From the NCBI GenBank assembly GCA_902595755.1, contig CACJRF010000001.1:1447-65446 (forward strand): a DNA stretch of 64,000 bases, written 5' to 3'. The DNA is from an uncultured Alphaproteobacteria bacterium (GTDB lineage Bacteria; Pseudomonadota; Alphaproteobacteria; Methylaequorales; Methylaequoraceae). Below the pieces are notes generated by a model, which saw only the letters and a list, made by a program, of their open reading frames with translations, made no database searches and had not been told where the DNA came from. The first letter of the stretch is position 1. Every line of letters starts with the position of its first letter. Below, one piece after another: positions 39,069 to 52,953 of the stretch. Made by a program: the position numbers and the translations under genes.

Positions 39069-39908
39069 TTAATCTAAATTTATTTTTTTAAAATCAAATA
39101 TTAAAACATTTACAAAAATTGAATCAGACTTTTTGGCCGTAGGTTGTATATAAACATCGTTTAATGTTTTTACAATTTTTCCAATTATAATCCCTTCTTT
39201 AAAGAATCCTGCTGCATCTGTTGAAATAACTAGTTCATTATGCTCAAGTTTAAACTTATTCTCTAGATGTTTTAAAACTAATCGATCACCGTCTCCTCTA
39301 GCAAAAACTGAATGTTTAGTATTTACAGATATACCCGGTAAGACAGAATCAGAACTATAAATTGTAAGGACTTTTGATGAATAAGTACCAACTTGGCTAA
39401 CTCGGCCTAAAAGTCCATTTTCGTTAAAAACTAAATCATTAGTTTTTAACCCTTCTTTTTTACCAATATCAATATATATGGAATTATCATCATTTCTATA
39501 CCCATCTATTATGATTCTAGCCGATAATTTTTCAACATAATTAACTTCTTGAAGCTTTAATAGGTTTTTTAGTCTAAAGTTTTCTACTTCTAATAAATTA
39601 ACTTTATTAAATTCTTTTTTTAAAAATTTATTCTCATTTTCAAGTGATTTGTTTAAGGTTTTATAATTACCTATCTTCTCAAAATATTGAATTAAATCTG
39701 AAACCAATTGAAAGGGCATATTAGCAAATACTAATCCAGGTTTGCTTGCTGAAACAATGAGGTATTTCATATTGTTAACTGTTTTACTTTTTGATAGTGA
39801 CATCAACACAAATAACAACGAAAGAGTGATACAAATTAACAATTCTAATATATACCTATTAAGTGGGCCAGAATTTATTCCTCTCGAAAAAGAAGACTTA
39901 TACCCCAT
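39069..39908 (-). CDS. mreC: rod shape-determining protein MreC
   Basis: N-terminal TM, coiled-coil (ENENKFLKKEFNKVNLLEVENFRLKNLL), then beta domains. Confidence 0.85.
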   Translation of the reverse strand: MGYKSSFSRGINSGPLNRYILELLICITLSLLFVLMSLSKSKTVNNMKYLIVSASKPGLVFANMPFQLVSDLIQYFEKIGNYKTLNKSLENENKFLKKEFNKVNLLEVENFRLKNLLKLQEVNYVEKLSARIIIDGYRNDDNSIYIDIGKKEGLKTNDLVFNENGLLGRVSQVGTYSSKVLTIYSSDSVLPGISVNTKHSVFARGDGDRLVLKHLENKFKLEHNELVISTDAAGFFKEGIIIGKIVKTLNDVYIQPTAKKSDSIFVNVLIFDFKKINLD

Positions 39909-39909
39909 A

Positions 39910-42577
<2,668 letters not shown>

Positions 42578-42587
42578 CTTATTTATT

Positions 42588-44136
<1,549 letters not shown>

Positions 44137-44143
44137 TTTAACT

Positions 44144-45901
44144 TTATACTAGAATCATTCCTTCTTCTGAAATTTCACCATCTACTTTGTCATTCGGACC
44201 CAATAGCATTTGGTCATGTGTTGATCCTGAAGGTATCATTGGAAAGCAGTTTTCATTTGGGTCAACTACAACATCACATATTACAGGACCTTTTATACTT
44301 ATCATCTCATTTATTGCTTCATCTAAATCATTTGGCTTTAATACTTGTATCCCACTTGCCCCAAATGATTCGGCCAACTTAACAAAATCTGGTAATGATT
44401 CCATGTAGGATTCTGACAACCTATTACCATGTAGTAGTTCCTGCCACTGTTTAACCATGCCCATATAGTGGTTATTTAATATAAAAATTTTAACTGGTAG
44501 CTTATATTGTTTGATTGTAGACATTTCTTGAATGTTCATTAGTATCGAAGCTTCTCCTGCTACATCTATTACCAATTCTTTCGGATGGGCTATTTGAACA
44601 CCCATCGCAGCTGGTAATCCGTATCCCATAGTTCCCAAACCACCAGATGTCATCCAATGTTTTGGTTTGTTAAATGACAAAAATTGAGCTGCCCACATTT
44701 GGTGCTGACCAACCTCCGTTGTAATAAATGGATTTAGTTTTTCAGTTAATTTATTTAGCCTTTCTAAAGCAAACTGTGGTTTAATAATTTCTTTTGAATT
44801 TTTATACCTTAAACAATTTCTAGACCTCCACTTATCAATTTGTATCCACCATTTCTTTATTTTATTTTTTGAAAAAATAATTTTCTTTTCTTCAATTCTA
44901 TTATTAATAGCACTTAATATTCTATACAAATCGCCCTGTACCATTACATCTACATTTACACTCTTATTGAATGATGAAGGGTCGATATCCATGTGGACTT
45001 TTTTTGATTTGGGTGAAAAGCCTGAAACTTTTCCAGTAATTCTGTCATCAAAACGTGCTCCAACACATAAAAGTAAATCTGACTTATGCATTGAATGATT
45101 AGCCTCATAGGTTCCATGCATACCAAGCATACCTATAAACTGATTATCAGATGTTGGGAAAGCTCCTAAACCCATCAATGTTTGCGTACACGGGAAACTA
45201 GTTTTTTTTATTAACTTAAAAAGTTCTTTAGAAGCCTTAGTTCCAGAATTTATTACACCCCCTCCTACATAAAAAATAGGTTTTGAAGATTCTGTCATAA
45301 GTTTTACAATTTCATTAATCTTTTCGTCATCTGGCTTTACTTTAGGTTTATAATAACGATTATCTTTATATGCCTTTTTTCCTTTATAAACAGTTTTGAA
45401 AGTTTGAATATCTTTTGGAATATCAACTAAAACTGGTCCTGGTCTTCCATTTATACAAATGTTAAATGCTGAATGAATTACTCCAGCCAACTTTGTTACA
45501 TCCTTAACTAAATAATTATGTTTGGTACAGGGTCTGGTAATTCCAACTATGTCCGCCTCCTGAAATGCATCATTACCAATCATGTGTGTTGGTACTTGGC
45601 CCGTAATACAAACTATAGGAATTGAATCCATCATTGCGTCTGTTAATCCAGTAACTGTATTAGTCGCTCCCGGACCAGAAGTTACTAATACAACACCAAC
45701 TTTTCCTGTGGATCTCGCATAACCCTCTGCTGCATGAACTGCTGCTTGCTCATGTCTAACTAAAATATGTCTGATTTTCTTTTGTTTAAATATTTCGTCA
45801 TAAATAGGTAGAACTGCTCCCCCCGGATAACCAAAAATAACCTCAACATTTTCTTGGATAAGGGTTTCTATAACTACTTTTGCACCTGTAATTTTCGTCA
45901 T
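44144..45901 (-). CDS. ilvI: acetolactate synthase large subunit
   Basis: ThDP enzyme motifs (GYPGGAVLPIYD, GLGTMGYGLPAAMG). Confidence 0.93.
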   Translation of the reverse strand: MTKITGAKVVIETLIQENVEVIFGYPGGAVLPIYDEIFKQKKIRHILVRHEQAAVHAAEGYARSTGKVGVVLVTSGPGATNTVTGLTDAMMDSIPIVCITGQVPTHMIGNDAFQEADIVGITRPCTKHNYLVKDVTKLAGVIHSAFNICINGRPGPVLVDIPKDIQTFKTVYKGKKAYKDNRYYKPKVKPDDEKINEIVKLMTESSKPIFYVGGGVINSGTKASKELFKLIKKTSFPCTQTLMGLGAFPTSDNQFIGMLGMHGTYEANHSMHKSDLLLCVGARFDDRITGKVSGFSPKSKKVHMDIDPSSFNKSVNVDVMVQGDLYRILSAINNRIEEKKIIFSKNKIKKWWIQIDKWRSRNCLRYKNSKEIIKPQFALERLNKLTEKLNPFITTEVGQHQMWAAQFLSFNKPKHWMTSGGLGTMGYGLPAAMGVQIAHPKELVIDVAGEASILMNIQEMSTIKQYKLPVKIFILNNHYMGMVKQWQELLHGNRLSESYMESLPDFVKLAESFGASGIQVLKPNDLDEAINEMISIKGPVICDVVVDPNENCFPMIPSGSTHDQMLLGPNDKVDGEISEEGMILV

Positions 45902-45944
45902 AATAATTAAAGTAAACTAAAAAACAAATATACTCACTAAAAAT

Positions 45945-46841
45945 TTAAAAATTTTTTAATATAAAATCTTCTGCCTTATTATATGGTAAAAAATTTGCTC
46001 CTATCGATCTATTTTTAAACCAGGTAATTTGTCGTTTAGCGTAGTTTCTTGTCTCTATCTGAAATTTTTCAAGTGCAAGATCTTGATTAATAATTCCTTC
46101 AATATTACTTTTGAGAATTTGAAATCCAATCGCTTTATGGATTGGGTGACTCGAGGTCATGTCATTCTTTAAAAAACTGTCAATTTCATCAAGACATTCC
46201 ATATTAAAGATTTTAGAACACCTTGTATTTATCCTTTCATATAACTCGTTTCTTTGATGACTAATAACAATGTAAATCAATTTTTTGAAAATTTTATTTG
46301 TTTTAATTGAATGCCAGTATGTAAATGTTTTTGCTGTAAATGAGTGTACAGATAGGGACCTTATTATTCTTTGGGTGTCATTTTTTGATATTTTAACAGC
46401 ATAATCAGGATCTATCCTCATAAGTTCTTCATACAAATAAAGATTTCCTTTATTTTTTTGTTTTTTTTCTAAACTTTCTACTATTTCTCTTGGAATATTT
46501 GGAACTGGAGAAATTTGTCCATTTAATCCATCTAAATATAAACCTGTTCCTCCAACAAAAATCGGAATCTTTTTAGAGTTTTTATTTAATATCATTTTAA
46601 CCTCTTTTAACCAAATACCTAAATCACAAAGTAAAGGATATTTTATGCAATTATAAAGATTACAATCAAAGTCCTTAACTTCTTCATTAGACGGGGAATT
46701 AGTTAATTTATGAAGTTTATTATAAACTTGCATGCTATCAGCGTTAATTATGATACTAGGTATTTTTTTTTGAAGTTTGAATGCTAATTCTGACTTACCT
46801 GAAGCTGTTGGACCCCCGATTAAAATTGCTAAGGGAAACAA
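45945..46841 (-). CDS. miaA: tRNA dimethylallyltransferase
   Basis: P-loop GPTASGKS, length 298 aa. Confidence 0.9.
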   Translation of the reverse strand: MFPLAILIGGPTASGKSELAFKLQKKIPSIIINADSMQVYNKLHKLTNSPSNEEVKDFDCNLYNCIKYPLLCDLGIWLKEVKMILNKNSKKIPIFVGGTGLYLDGLNGQISPVPNIPREIVESLEKKQKNKGNLYLYEELMRIDPDYAVKISKNDTQRIIRSLSVHSFTAKTFTYWHSIKTNKIFKKLIYIVISHQRNELYERINTRCSKIFNMECLDEIDSFLKNDMTSSHPIHKAIGFQILKSNIEGIINQDLALEKFQIETRNYAKRQITWFKNRSIGANFLPYNKAEDFILKNF

Positions 46842-46842
46842 T

Positions 46843-48309
46843 TTAGTCTAACTTTAAAACTAAAAACCTTGCAAAGTCACCTTCATAGACTTGAATAAGG
46901 ATTGAATCTGCTTTTCTTTTTATAAAACCTTCAAAAACTTCTTTAGCTTTATCTGGAGTCTCAATATTCTTTTGTGAAATTTGTGAAATTACCATGCCTA
47001 CATTTAAACCAGATTTAGCTGCTATTGAATCTCTTTTAACTGCTGAAATGACAACTCCGGATATGTTTTTATTTATATTATATTTTTGTCTTGTTGCATT
47101 GTTAATTGCCACGACCCTTAGGCCAACTTTATCTATTTCAACTTCATTGCTAGGAGGGTCATCCTTCCTTGTCTCCGGTTTTTCTTCCTGTGAACTATAT
47201 TTCTCTAACTCACCAAGTTTAATAGTGAATGATCTTATCTTTTTGTCTCTCCAAACTTTGACTATTGCTTTACTCTCAACAGCGGATTCCGCAACAGTTC
47301 TTTGTAATGACTTGACATCCTTAATTTTTTTTCCATTAAATTCGAGTATTACATCCCCAGACTTTAAGCCTCCTTTTTCGGCAGGCTCATTAGGATTGAC
47401 CATCGCAATAAGGACACCATCTTCATTTTTCAATCCAAGACTTTTAGAGATTTCTGGGGTAAGTTCTTGAATTCTCACTCCCAACCAACCTCTCTGAGTT
47501 TTGCCATATTTTTTGAGTTGCTCAATTATAGGTTTTGCCAGATTTGCAGGTATAGAAAAGCCAATACCAACACTTCCACCTGTTGGGGAAAAAATTGCTG
47601 TATTAATTCCTAGAACTTTTCCATCAAAATTGAATAGTGGTCCACCCGAGTTACCTCTGTTAATCGAGGCGTCTGTCTGAATAAAACTATCGTATGGACC
47701 AAAATTTATATCCCTGTTAAAGGCTGATATTATTCCAGTGGTAACTGTCCCACCTAAGCCAAAGGGGTTCCCTATAGCAATAACAGAATGACCTACTCTA
47801 GCCTTGTCAGAGTCAGCAAAGTTAACATATGGTAGAGGCTTTTTAGATTCAACTTTTAGAAGTGCTATATCGGTCAGCTTATCTGTACCGATTAATTTTG
47901 CCTCAAGCTCGGTTTCATCTTGAAATTTCACCTTAATTTCATTTGCCTGCTCAATAACATGGTTATTAGTAACAATGTAACCAGTGGGATCTATTACAAA
48001 ACCTGAACCTAATGCTTGTGGCGTTTCATTCTGTGGTTGATTGTTTGGTCTTTGCTGTTGTGGAGGTCCAAATGGAAATCCAGGAGGAAAATTTTTGAAA
48101 AAGTCTCTAAATTGAGGTGGAATATTATCAAATGGAAGTTGATTTAAATTTTCCTGCTCTTTTGGTTTTTGAATGGTAAAAACATTAACAACACTTGGAG
48201 ATAAGTCTGAAACTAAATTTGCTAAGTCATCAGAACTCGGATGAGTTTTAACGTTATCGTTTAGAAATAGACAAACTAAAAAGCTAATTGCCACGAAAAA
48301 TCTGAACAT
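46843..48309 (-). CDS. degP: periplasmic serine endoprotease DegP/HtrA family
   Basis: Signal peptide, trypsin-like GNSGGPL catalytic motif, two PDZ-like C-terminal regions. Confidence 0.9.
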   Translation of the reverse strand: MFRFFVAISFLVCLFLNDNVKTHPSSDDLANLVSDLSPSVVNVFTIQKPKEQENLNQLPFDNIPPQFRDFFKNFPPGFPFGPPQQQRPNNQPQNETPQALGSGFVIDPTGYIVTNNHVIEQANEIKVKFQDETELEAKLIGTDKLTDIALLKVESKKPLPYVNFADSDKARVGHSVIAIGNPFGLGGTVTTGIISAFNRDINFGPYDSFIQTDASINRGNSGGPLFNFDGKVLGINTAIFSPTGGSVGIGFSIPANLAKPIIEQLKKYGKTQRGWLGVRIQELTPEISKSLGLKNEDGVLIAMVNPNEPAEKGGLKSGDVILEFNGKKIKDVKSLQRTVAESAVESKAIVKVWRDKKIRSFTIKLGELEKYSSQEEKPETRKDDPPSNEVEIDKVGLRVVAINNATRQKYNINKNISGVVISAVKRDSIAAKSGLNVGMVISQISQKNIETPDKAKEVFEGFIKRKADSILIQVYEGDFARFLVLKLD

Positions 48310-49181
48310 TATTTCCTCTTACTACCTTTAGAGTCATTGAAAAACTCTAAAAATTCGCTATCTGGAGACAAAATCATGGTTGTACCATCCTCGCCTAGAA
48401 CATTACCATAGGCTTGCATAGATCTGTAAAAAGAATAAAAATCTGAATCTTTTTCAAAAGCATTTGCATAGATTGATATTGCTAAGGATTCTCCCTCACC
48501 TCTTAGAATTTCGGACTGGCGGGTAGCCTCTGCAAGAATCACCGTCTTCTCCTTATCAGCTTCAGCTCTAATTTTTTGAGCTATCTCTGAACCCTTAGCT
48601 CTAAATTCTTTTGCTTCTCTTGCTCTTTCACTAATCATTCTATCATAAATGGCTTGACTGTTTGCTTCAGGTAAATCTGCTCTTCTAATCCTCACATCTA
48701 CAATTTCTATCCCAAATCTAGACGCTTCATTGTTAACTTCGTTTCGTATCCTTATCATAATGTCACCTCTATCTTTAGAGAGTAATTCGTCAAGAGTGAC
48801 TGTACCCACAACTCTTCTTAGTGATGATATAACATTAGAATTTAATCTATTTCTGACGTTAGATTCGCTTCCTACCGTTTTATAAAATTCAAGAGGATCT
48901 GTAATCTTAAATCTAGTAAATGAATCTATAAGCATTCTTTTTTTATCAACAGCTATGACTTCCTCGATTGGCAAATCATACTCTAAAATTCTCTTGTCAT
49001 ATCTTACAACATTCTGAATAAGAGGTATTTTAAAATTTAACCCAGAATCTTGCACTACTCTTTTAGGCTCGCCGAATTGTAAAACTAAACCTTGCTGTTT
49101 TTCATTCATTGTAAAGAGGCCATTTAAACCAACAGCTATGATAATTATTAAAAAAAGAATAAGAGCTGAAAATTTAGTCAT
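48309..49181 (-). CDS. hflC: protease modulator HflC
   Basis: Band-7/SPFH protein with N-terminal TM. 8-nt overlap with hflK. Confidence 0.9.
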   Translation of the reverse strand: MTKFSALILFLIIIIAVGLNGLFTMNEKQQGLVLQFGEPKRVVQDSGLNFKIPLIQNVVRYDKRILEYDLPIEEVIAVDKKRMLIDSFTRFKITDPLEFYKTVGSESNVRNRLNSNVISSLRRVVGTVTLDELLSKDRGDIMIRIRNEVNNEASRFGIEIVDVRIRRADLPEANSQAIYDRMISERAREAKEFRAKGSEIAQKIRAEADKEKTVILAEATRQSEILRGEGESLAISIYANAFEKDSDFYSFYRSMQAYGNVLGEDGTTMILSPDSEFLEFFNDSKGSKRK

Positions 49182-50265
49182 TAGAAACCTCGTTGGTTTG
49201 AGATGATTTTAAGGATTTCTTTTTTAATTCAGGCAAAGGGAGGTAAGGTACCACCCCTCCTCCTGCTTTATTATCAACAATAACTTTATCTATCTTACCT
49301 AGCGTCTTTTCTAAAGTTTCGAGATATATTCTTTCTCTAGTAACTTCTTTTGATTCTTTGTAAGAATTATAAACTGAGATAAATCTCTGTGCTTCACCTT
49401 CGGCTTTGGCTACAACCTCTTTCTTATACGCTTCAGCTTCTTGTATAGTTCTTTCTGCTTCTCCACGAGCTCTCGGAATTATATCATTTCTGTATGTTTC
49501 AGCTTCATTTCTTAGTCTTTGTTCATCAGTTTTTGCTCTTTGAACATCTCTGTATGATTCAATTACTAATTCTGGTGGATCAGCCTTCTGTAATTGGACC
49601 TGTGTGACTAATATTCCAGCAGAATAATAGTCTAAAACATCTTGAACCTTATTTTTGACATCTTCCTCAATTATTGACTTTCCTTCTGATAAAATTGGAT
49701 CGATGGGAGTTTGACCAATTTTTTCTCTCATGACACTCTCACCAATACTTTTTATTGTTATCTCAGGATTTCGAACATTAAATAAGTAATCTTTTGCATC
49801 ATTGATAATCCAAAAGATCGTAAAATTTAAATCGACAATATTTTCGTCACCTGTCAACATTAAAGCTTCTTCAGGAATTTGACGCGTTTGTTGAGAATTA
49901 GAAAATTGAGACTGGGAGTTTCTAAAACCAACTTCAATTCTATTTACCTTAGTAACTTTGGGTTTAAGAGCATATTCTATAGGATAAGGTATATGATAGT
50001 GAAGTCCAGGCTCCGTTGTCCTAACATATTCTCCAAATCTAGTCACAACCCCTTGTTCATCCGTGCCAACTCTATAAAAACCACTTAAAGTCCATAAAGC
50101 TAGCAAAATAATTAATACAATATACAAGTTAAACGGGTTATTTTTTGGAAACATATCTTTGAGCTTTTTCTGAATACTATTAAAATAATCATCACTGTAG
50201 GAATCATTATTGCTGTTTGATCCATTCCCTTTTGAATTATTACCCCAGGGGCTATTAGCATTCAT
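49174..50265 (-). CDS. hflK: protease modulator HflK
   Basis: SPFH domain. MNANSPWGNN matches the usual HflK N-terminus, so ATG 50265 is preferred over upstream in-frame ATGs at 50283 and 50307. Confidence 0.82.
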   Translation of the reverse strand: MNANSPWGNNSKGNGSNSNNDSYSDDYFNSIQKKLKDMFPKNNPFNLYIVLIILLALWTLSGFYRVGTDEQGVVTRFGEYVRTTEPGLHYHIPYPIEYALKPKVTKVNRIEVGFRNSQSQFSNSQQTRQIPEEALMLTGDENIVDLNFTIFWIINDAKDYLFNVRNPEITIKSIGESVMREKIGQTPIDPILSEGKSIIEEDVKNKVQDVLDYYSAGILVTQVQLQKADPPELVIESYRDVQRAKTDEQRLRNEAETYRNDIIPRARGEAERTIQEAEAYKKEVVAKAEGEAQRFISVYNSYKESKEVTRERIYLETLEKTLGKIDKVIVDNKAGGGVVPYLPLPELKKKSLKSSQTNEVSND

Positions 50266-50388
50266 GTTTGAGATCCATTTCATAATAAAAAAAATTACTT
50301 GTTTCATCTTATATAAGAATTGTTTTATGCTTGCAAAGAATTATTTTGTAATTTTACTTTTTAAATTTAATATTTAATATCAACTATC

Positions 50389-51162
50389 ATGATTAATAAA
50401 ATAATTGCTGTTGGCTCTGGAAAAGGCGGTGTAGGAAAATCTACTGTATCCGTCAATCTCTCAATAGTTTTAGCAAAATATTTTAAACTGAAAATAGGGC
50501 TCCTTGATGCTGATATCTACGGACCTTCTATACCAAACCTGTTGGGTATAAAGGATAAACCATCAACTGAAAATAAAAAAATTATTCCTTACGATAAATA
50601 TTCTATAAAGGCTATTTCAATTGGAAATATGATTCCAGATGGTTCTGCAGTAATTTGGAGGGGAGCAATGGTTTCGAGTGCTATAAGACAGCTGTATAAT
50701 GATGTGGTTTGGGGTGACTTAGACTACTTAATTATTGATCTACCCCCAGGAACTGGGGATATTCAACTTTCCTTATCTCAGTATCTTAATATTTCAGGAG
50801 CTGTAATTGTGTCAACTCCCCAAGAAATATCCCTTATCGATGTAAGAAAAGCTATTTCGATGTTTGACAAAGTAAAAATTCCAATTCTAGGTTTAATTCA
50901 AAATATGAGCTACCTCAAAATAAACGGAAATGAAGAGTATATCTTTGGAAAAGATGGAGTTAAAAATGAGGCGGTAAGTCTAAAAAAACCTTTTCTTGGA
51001 GATATTCCTCTAATAAGCGAAATAGCATCTTCAAGTGATAAAGGTGCTCCTAGTGTTTTAAATGGGAAATCACAAGCTACTGATTTTTATAAAAGCATCG
51101 CTAAAAATCTTTTAGACAATAAGGATAAAATGATTGATAAGAAGGTTAAAATTGAAAATTAA
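50389..51162 (+). CDS. mrp: Mrp/ApbC Fe-S cluster carrier ATPase
   Basis: Deviant Walker A GKGGVGKST and the CxxC-less short alphaproteobacterial form. DLPPGTGD motif. Confidence 0.9.
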   Translation: MINKIIAVGSGKGGVGKSTVSVNLSIVLAKYFKLKIGLLDADIYGPSIPNLLGIKDKPSTENKKIIPYDKYSIKAISIGNMIPDGSAVIWRGAMVSSAIRQLYNDVVWGDLDYLIIDLPPGTGDIQLSLSQYLNISGAVIVSTPQEISLIDVRKAISMFDKVKIPILGLIQNMSYLKINGNEEYIFGKDGVKNEAVSLKKPFLGDIPLISEIASSSDKGAPSVLNGKSQATDFYKSIAKNLLDNKDKMIDKKVKIEN

Positions 51163-52082
51163 AAAGAAAATATTTTTTTTAATTCATCAATTTCTCTTTT
51201 AGAAATTTTAGTTTCTTTATTAGATTTACCATGAAGTTTGTTTTTTATGAACTCTATTGCTTCTGAAGAAAGGACTAAGGAATCAAGTCTATTTTTTAGA
51301 AACGCTTCATAAGTTAGCGGCACCCATTTTTTCATTATATTTATCATTATCTCTGCATAAACTCTTATTTCATACTGAGCGTGTTCATCAAACCTCAAAG
51401 CTAAAAAATGCATAAAATTATGAAGATCAATTTTCCAATACCATTGAGTGTAGCTATTTAAGGGTAATACAATTCTAGATAGTTCTCTGGTAAGTCCTTG
51501 CCTTTTGTGATTTACTTCATCATCGTCTTGATTTAATAAAAAATTATATTTTTCAAATGAATCTTTAGAATTTTCTCTTAAAACCTTCATGTACATCTTT
51601 TTTTCATTCTCATCCAAATCTCCTGACCTTCCCTGATTGTTGGTTTTTGACTGAGGTTTAAGTTCTTTAGGATTTGGTATATAAAATTCATTTTCAAGAA
51701 TTGAGTATCTTGCTGAATATTCATTTACATTGGCTGTTCTATGTCTTATCCATTGCCTAGCCACAAAGATTGGTAATTTTACGTGAAATTTGATTTCATT
51801 CATTTCAAAGGGCGTGGAATGTCTATGACTAAGCAAGTAATTAATTAGGCTTTTATCTTGGTTTAACTGCTTTGTTCCTTTACCATAGGATACTCTTGCA
51901 GCCTGAACTATAGAGGAATCATTGCCCATATAGTCAATTACTCTTACAAAGCCATGATCAAGAGCTTTAAATGATTTATATAAAACTTTCTCAAGTTTTG
52001 GTGCAACTACTCTTTTAGTTAAAAACTTATTTTTACTGACGCTATCAATTTCTTTTTGTATTTTTTGATTTTTTTTCATCAA
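51159..52082 (-). CDS. thyX: FAD-dependent thymidylate synthase
   Basis: ThyX signature RHRTANVNEYSARY. Confidence 0.9.
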   Translation of the reverse strand: MMKKNQKIQKEIDSVSKNKFLTKRVVAPKLEKVLYKSFKALDHGFVRVIDYMGNDSSIVQAARVSYGKGTKQLNQDKSLINYLLSHRHSTPFEMNEIKFHVKLPIFVARQWIRHRTANVNEYSARYSILENEFYIPNPKELKPQSKTNNQGRSGDLDENEKKMYMKVLRENSKDSFEKYNFLLNQDDDEVNHKRQGLTRELSRIVLPLNSYTQWYWKIDLHNFMHFLALRFDEHAQYEIRVYAEIMINIMKKWVPLTYEAFLKNRLDSLVLSSEAIEFIKNKLHGKSNKETKISKREIDELKKIFSF

Positions 52083-52336
52083 TCTATAATAGTAAAAGCA
52101 TAAATCATTACAATCAATTTAAGGTTTTATTTTTTTAAAATTAGGTTTAAGATATAAATGCTGTTTTCAGCTATAGCAATAAACGTTTGATTTGAACTGA
52201 GACGGACCCGGGGGCGGTACCCGGCACCTCCACCAAAATATATTTTAATGGGGGTGAAACAGGATCGACGTGCATGTAGACGGTCAAAAACTTTGCTCGG
52301 AATGGTACCAACGTTATCGGACTAAACTTTATAAAT

Positions 52337-52369
52337 GCCAACGATAATGAAATGGCACTCGCTGCTTAA
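52337..52369 (+). other. tmRNA tag reading frame ANDNEMALAA-stop
   Basis: GCC AAC GAT AAT GAA ATG GCA CTC GCT GCT TAA. The stop is embedded in the hairpin GCTTAA-tt-TTAAGC (52364-52377). The C-terminal LAA is typical of ClpXP degrons. Confidence 0.85.
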
Positions 52370-52420
52370 TTTTAAGCAAGCGCGGTTATGAGATTACCGG
52401 GCAACAGAAGTCTCATCGGC

Positions 52421-52453
52421 AAGGGCGGGCAATTGTTCGCCCTTGTTTGTTTT
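52421..52453 (+). terminator. intrinsic terminator of ssrA (copy 0 of the repeated block)
   Basis: AAGGGCGGGC-AATT-GTTCGCCCTT stem-loop (two G-U pairs) followed by GTTTGTTTT. Confidence 0.8.
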
Positions 52454-52623
52454 AGGGAGACTCACAAAGGGTTTCAGAGGATTCGCTCAACAGAAAATAA
52501 GAGAAAATAAAGCAAAACAAAACGATTTAAGTGTAATGCACTTTTGTCTGTTCTTATTTTCTTAAAACATTAGTTCAAGCATTAAAATTTACGTTATTTT
52601 GCTTGAACCAATTATAATTTATT

Positions 52624-52785
52624 TTATTCTTTTTTTTCTTCTGTTGTCTCTTCTTCTTTTTCTTCAGAAGTATCTTCTGTTTTTTCTTCTACAACTTCTT
52701 TTTTTTCTCCGTGTCCGTCCGCTCTTATGGATTCAGAAGAAAATAAAATTGCTAAGGAGAAGAATAAAAGGTAGAAATTTTTCAT
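52624..52785 (-). CDS. 53-aa secreted acidic E/K-rich protein (not in ORF track)
   Basis: GGAGA SD 5 nt before the ATG. Hand translation MKNFYLLFFSLAILFSSESIRADGHGEKKEVVEEKTEDTSEEKEEETTEEKKE (signal peptide plus charged tail). Confidence 0.5.
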   Translation of the reverse strand: MKNFYLLFFSLAILFSSESIRADGHGEKKEVVEEKTEDTSEEKEEETTEEKKE

Positions 52786-52953
52786 GTGTATCTCCAAAAA
52801 GGTTAAAATATAATACTAATAAATCTTAAATATTTATTGAAATTTATATTCTTTATATTTGTTATAATTTCAAATAATAATGGTGATGCTATAATATTTA
52901 GAACAGACATTTTTTCGTTTATAATTTTACAAATTATAAAATTAAGAGGAATA

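Larger units (their letters stand above)
52160..52453 (+). ncRNA. ssrA: two-piece (circularly permuted) tmRNA gene; 5' boundary approximate
   Basis: Acceptor piece ends GGAC-CCGGG-GGCGGTA-CCCGG-CACCTCC-A-CCA at 52235. A 14-nt spacer follows. The coding piece starts GGGGGTGAAACAGGATCGACG at 52250. GGGGGTG pairs with CACCTCC, giving the G3-U70 alanine identity pair. Tag ORF and terminator follow. Confidence 0.88.

Noticed and set aside
52599-52829. 76-aa plus-strand ORF rich in L/F
   Set aside because: It is the low-complexity mirror image of the minus-strand 53-aa gene, which has an SD, a signal peptide and a sensible composition.
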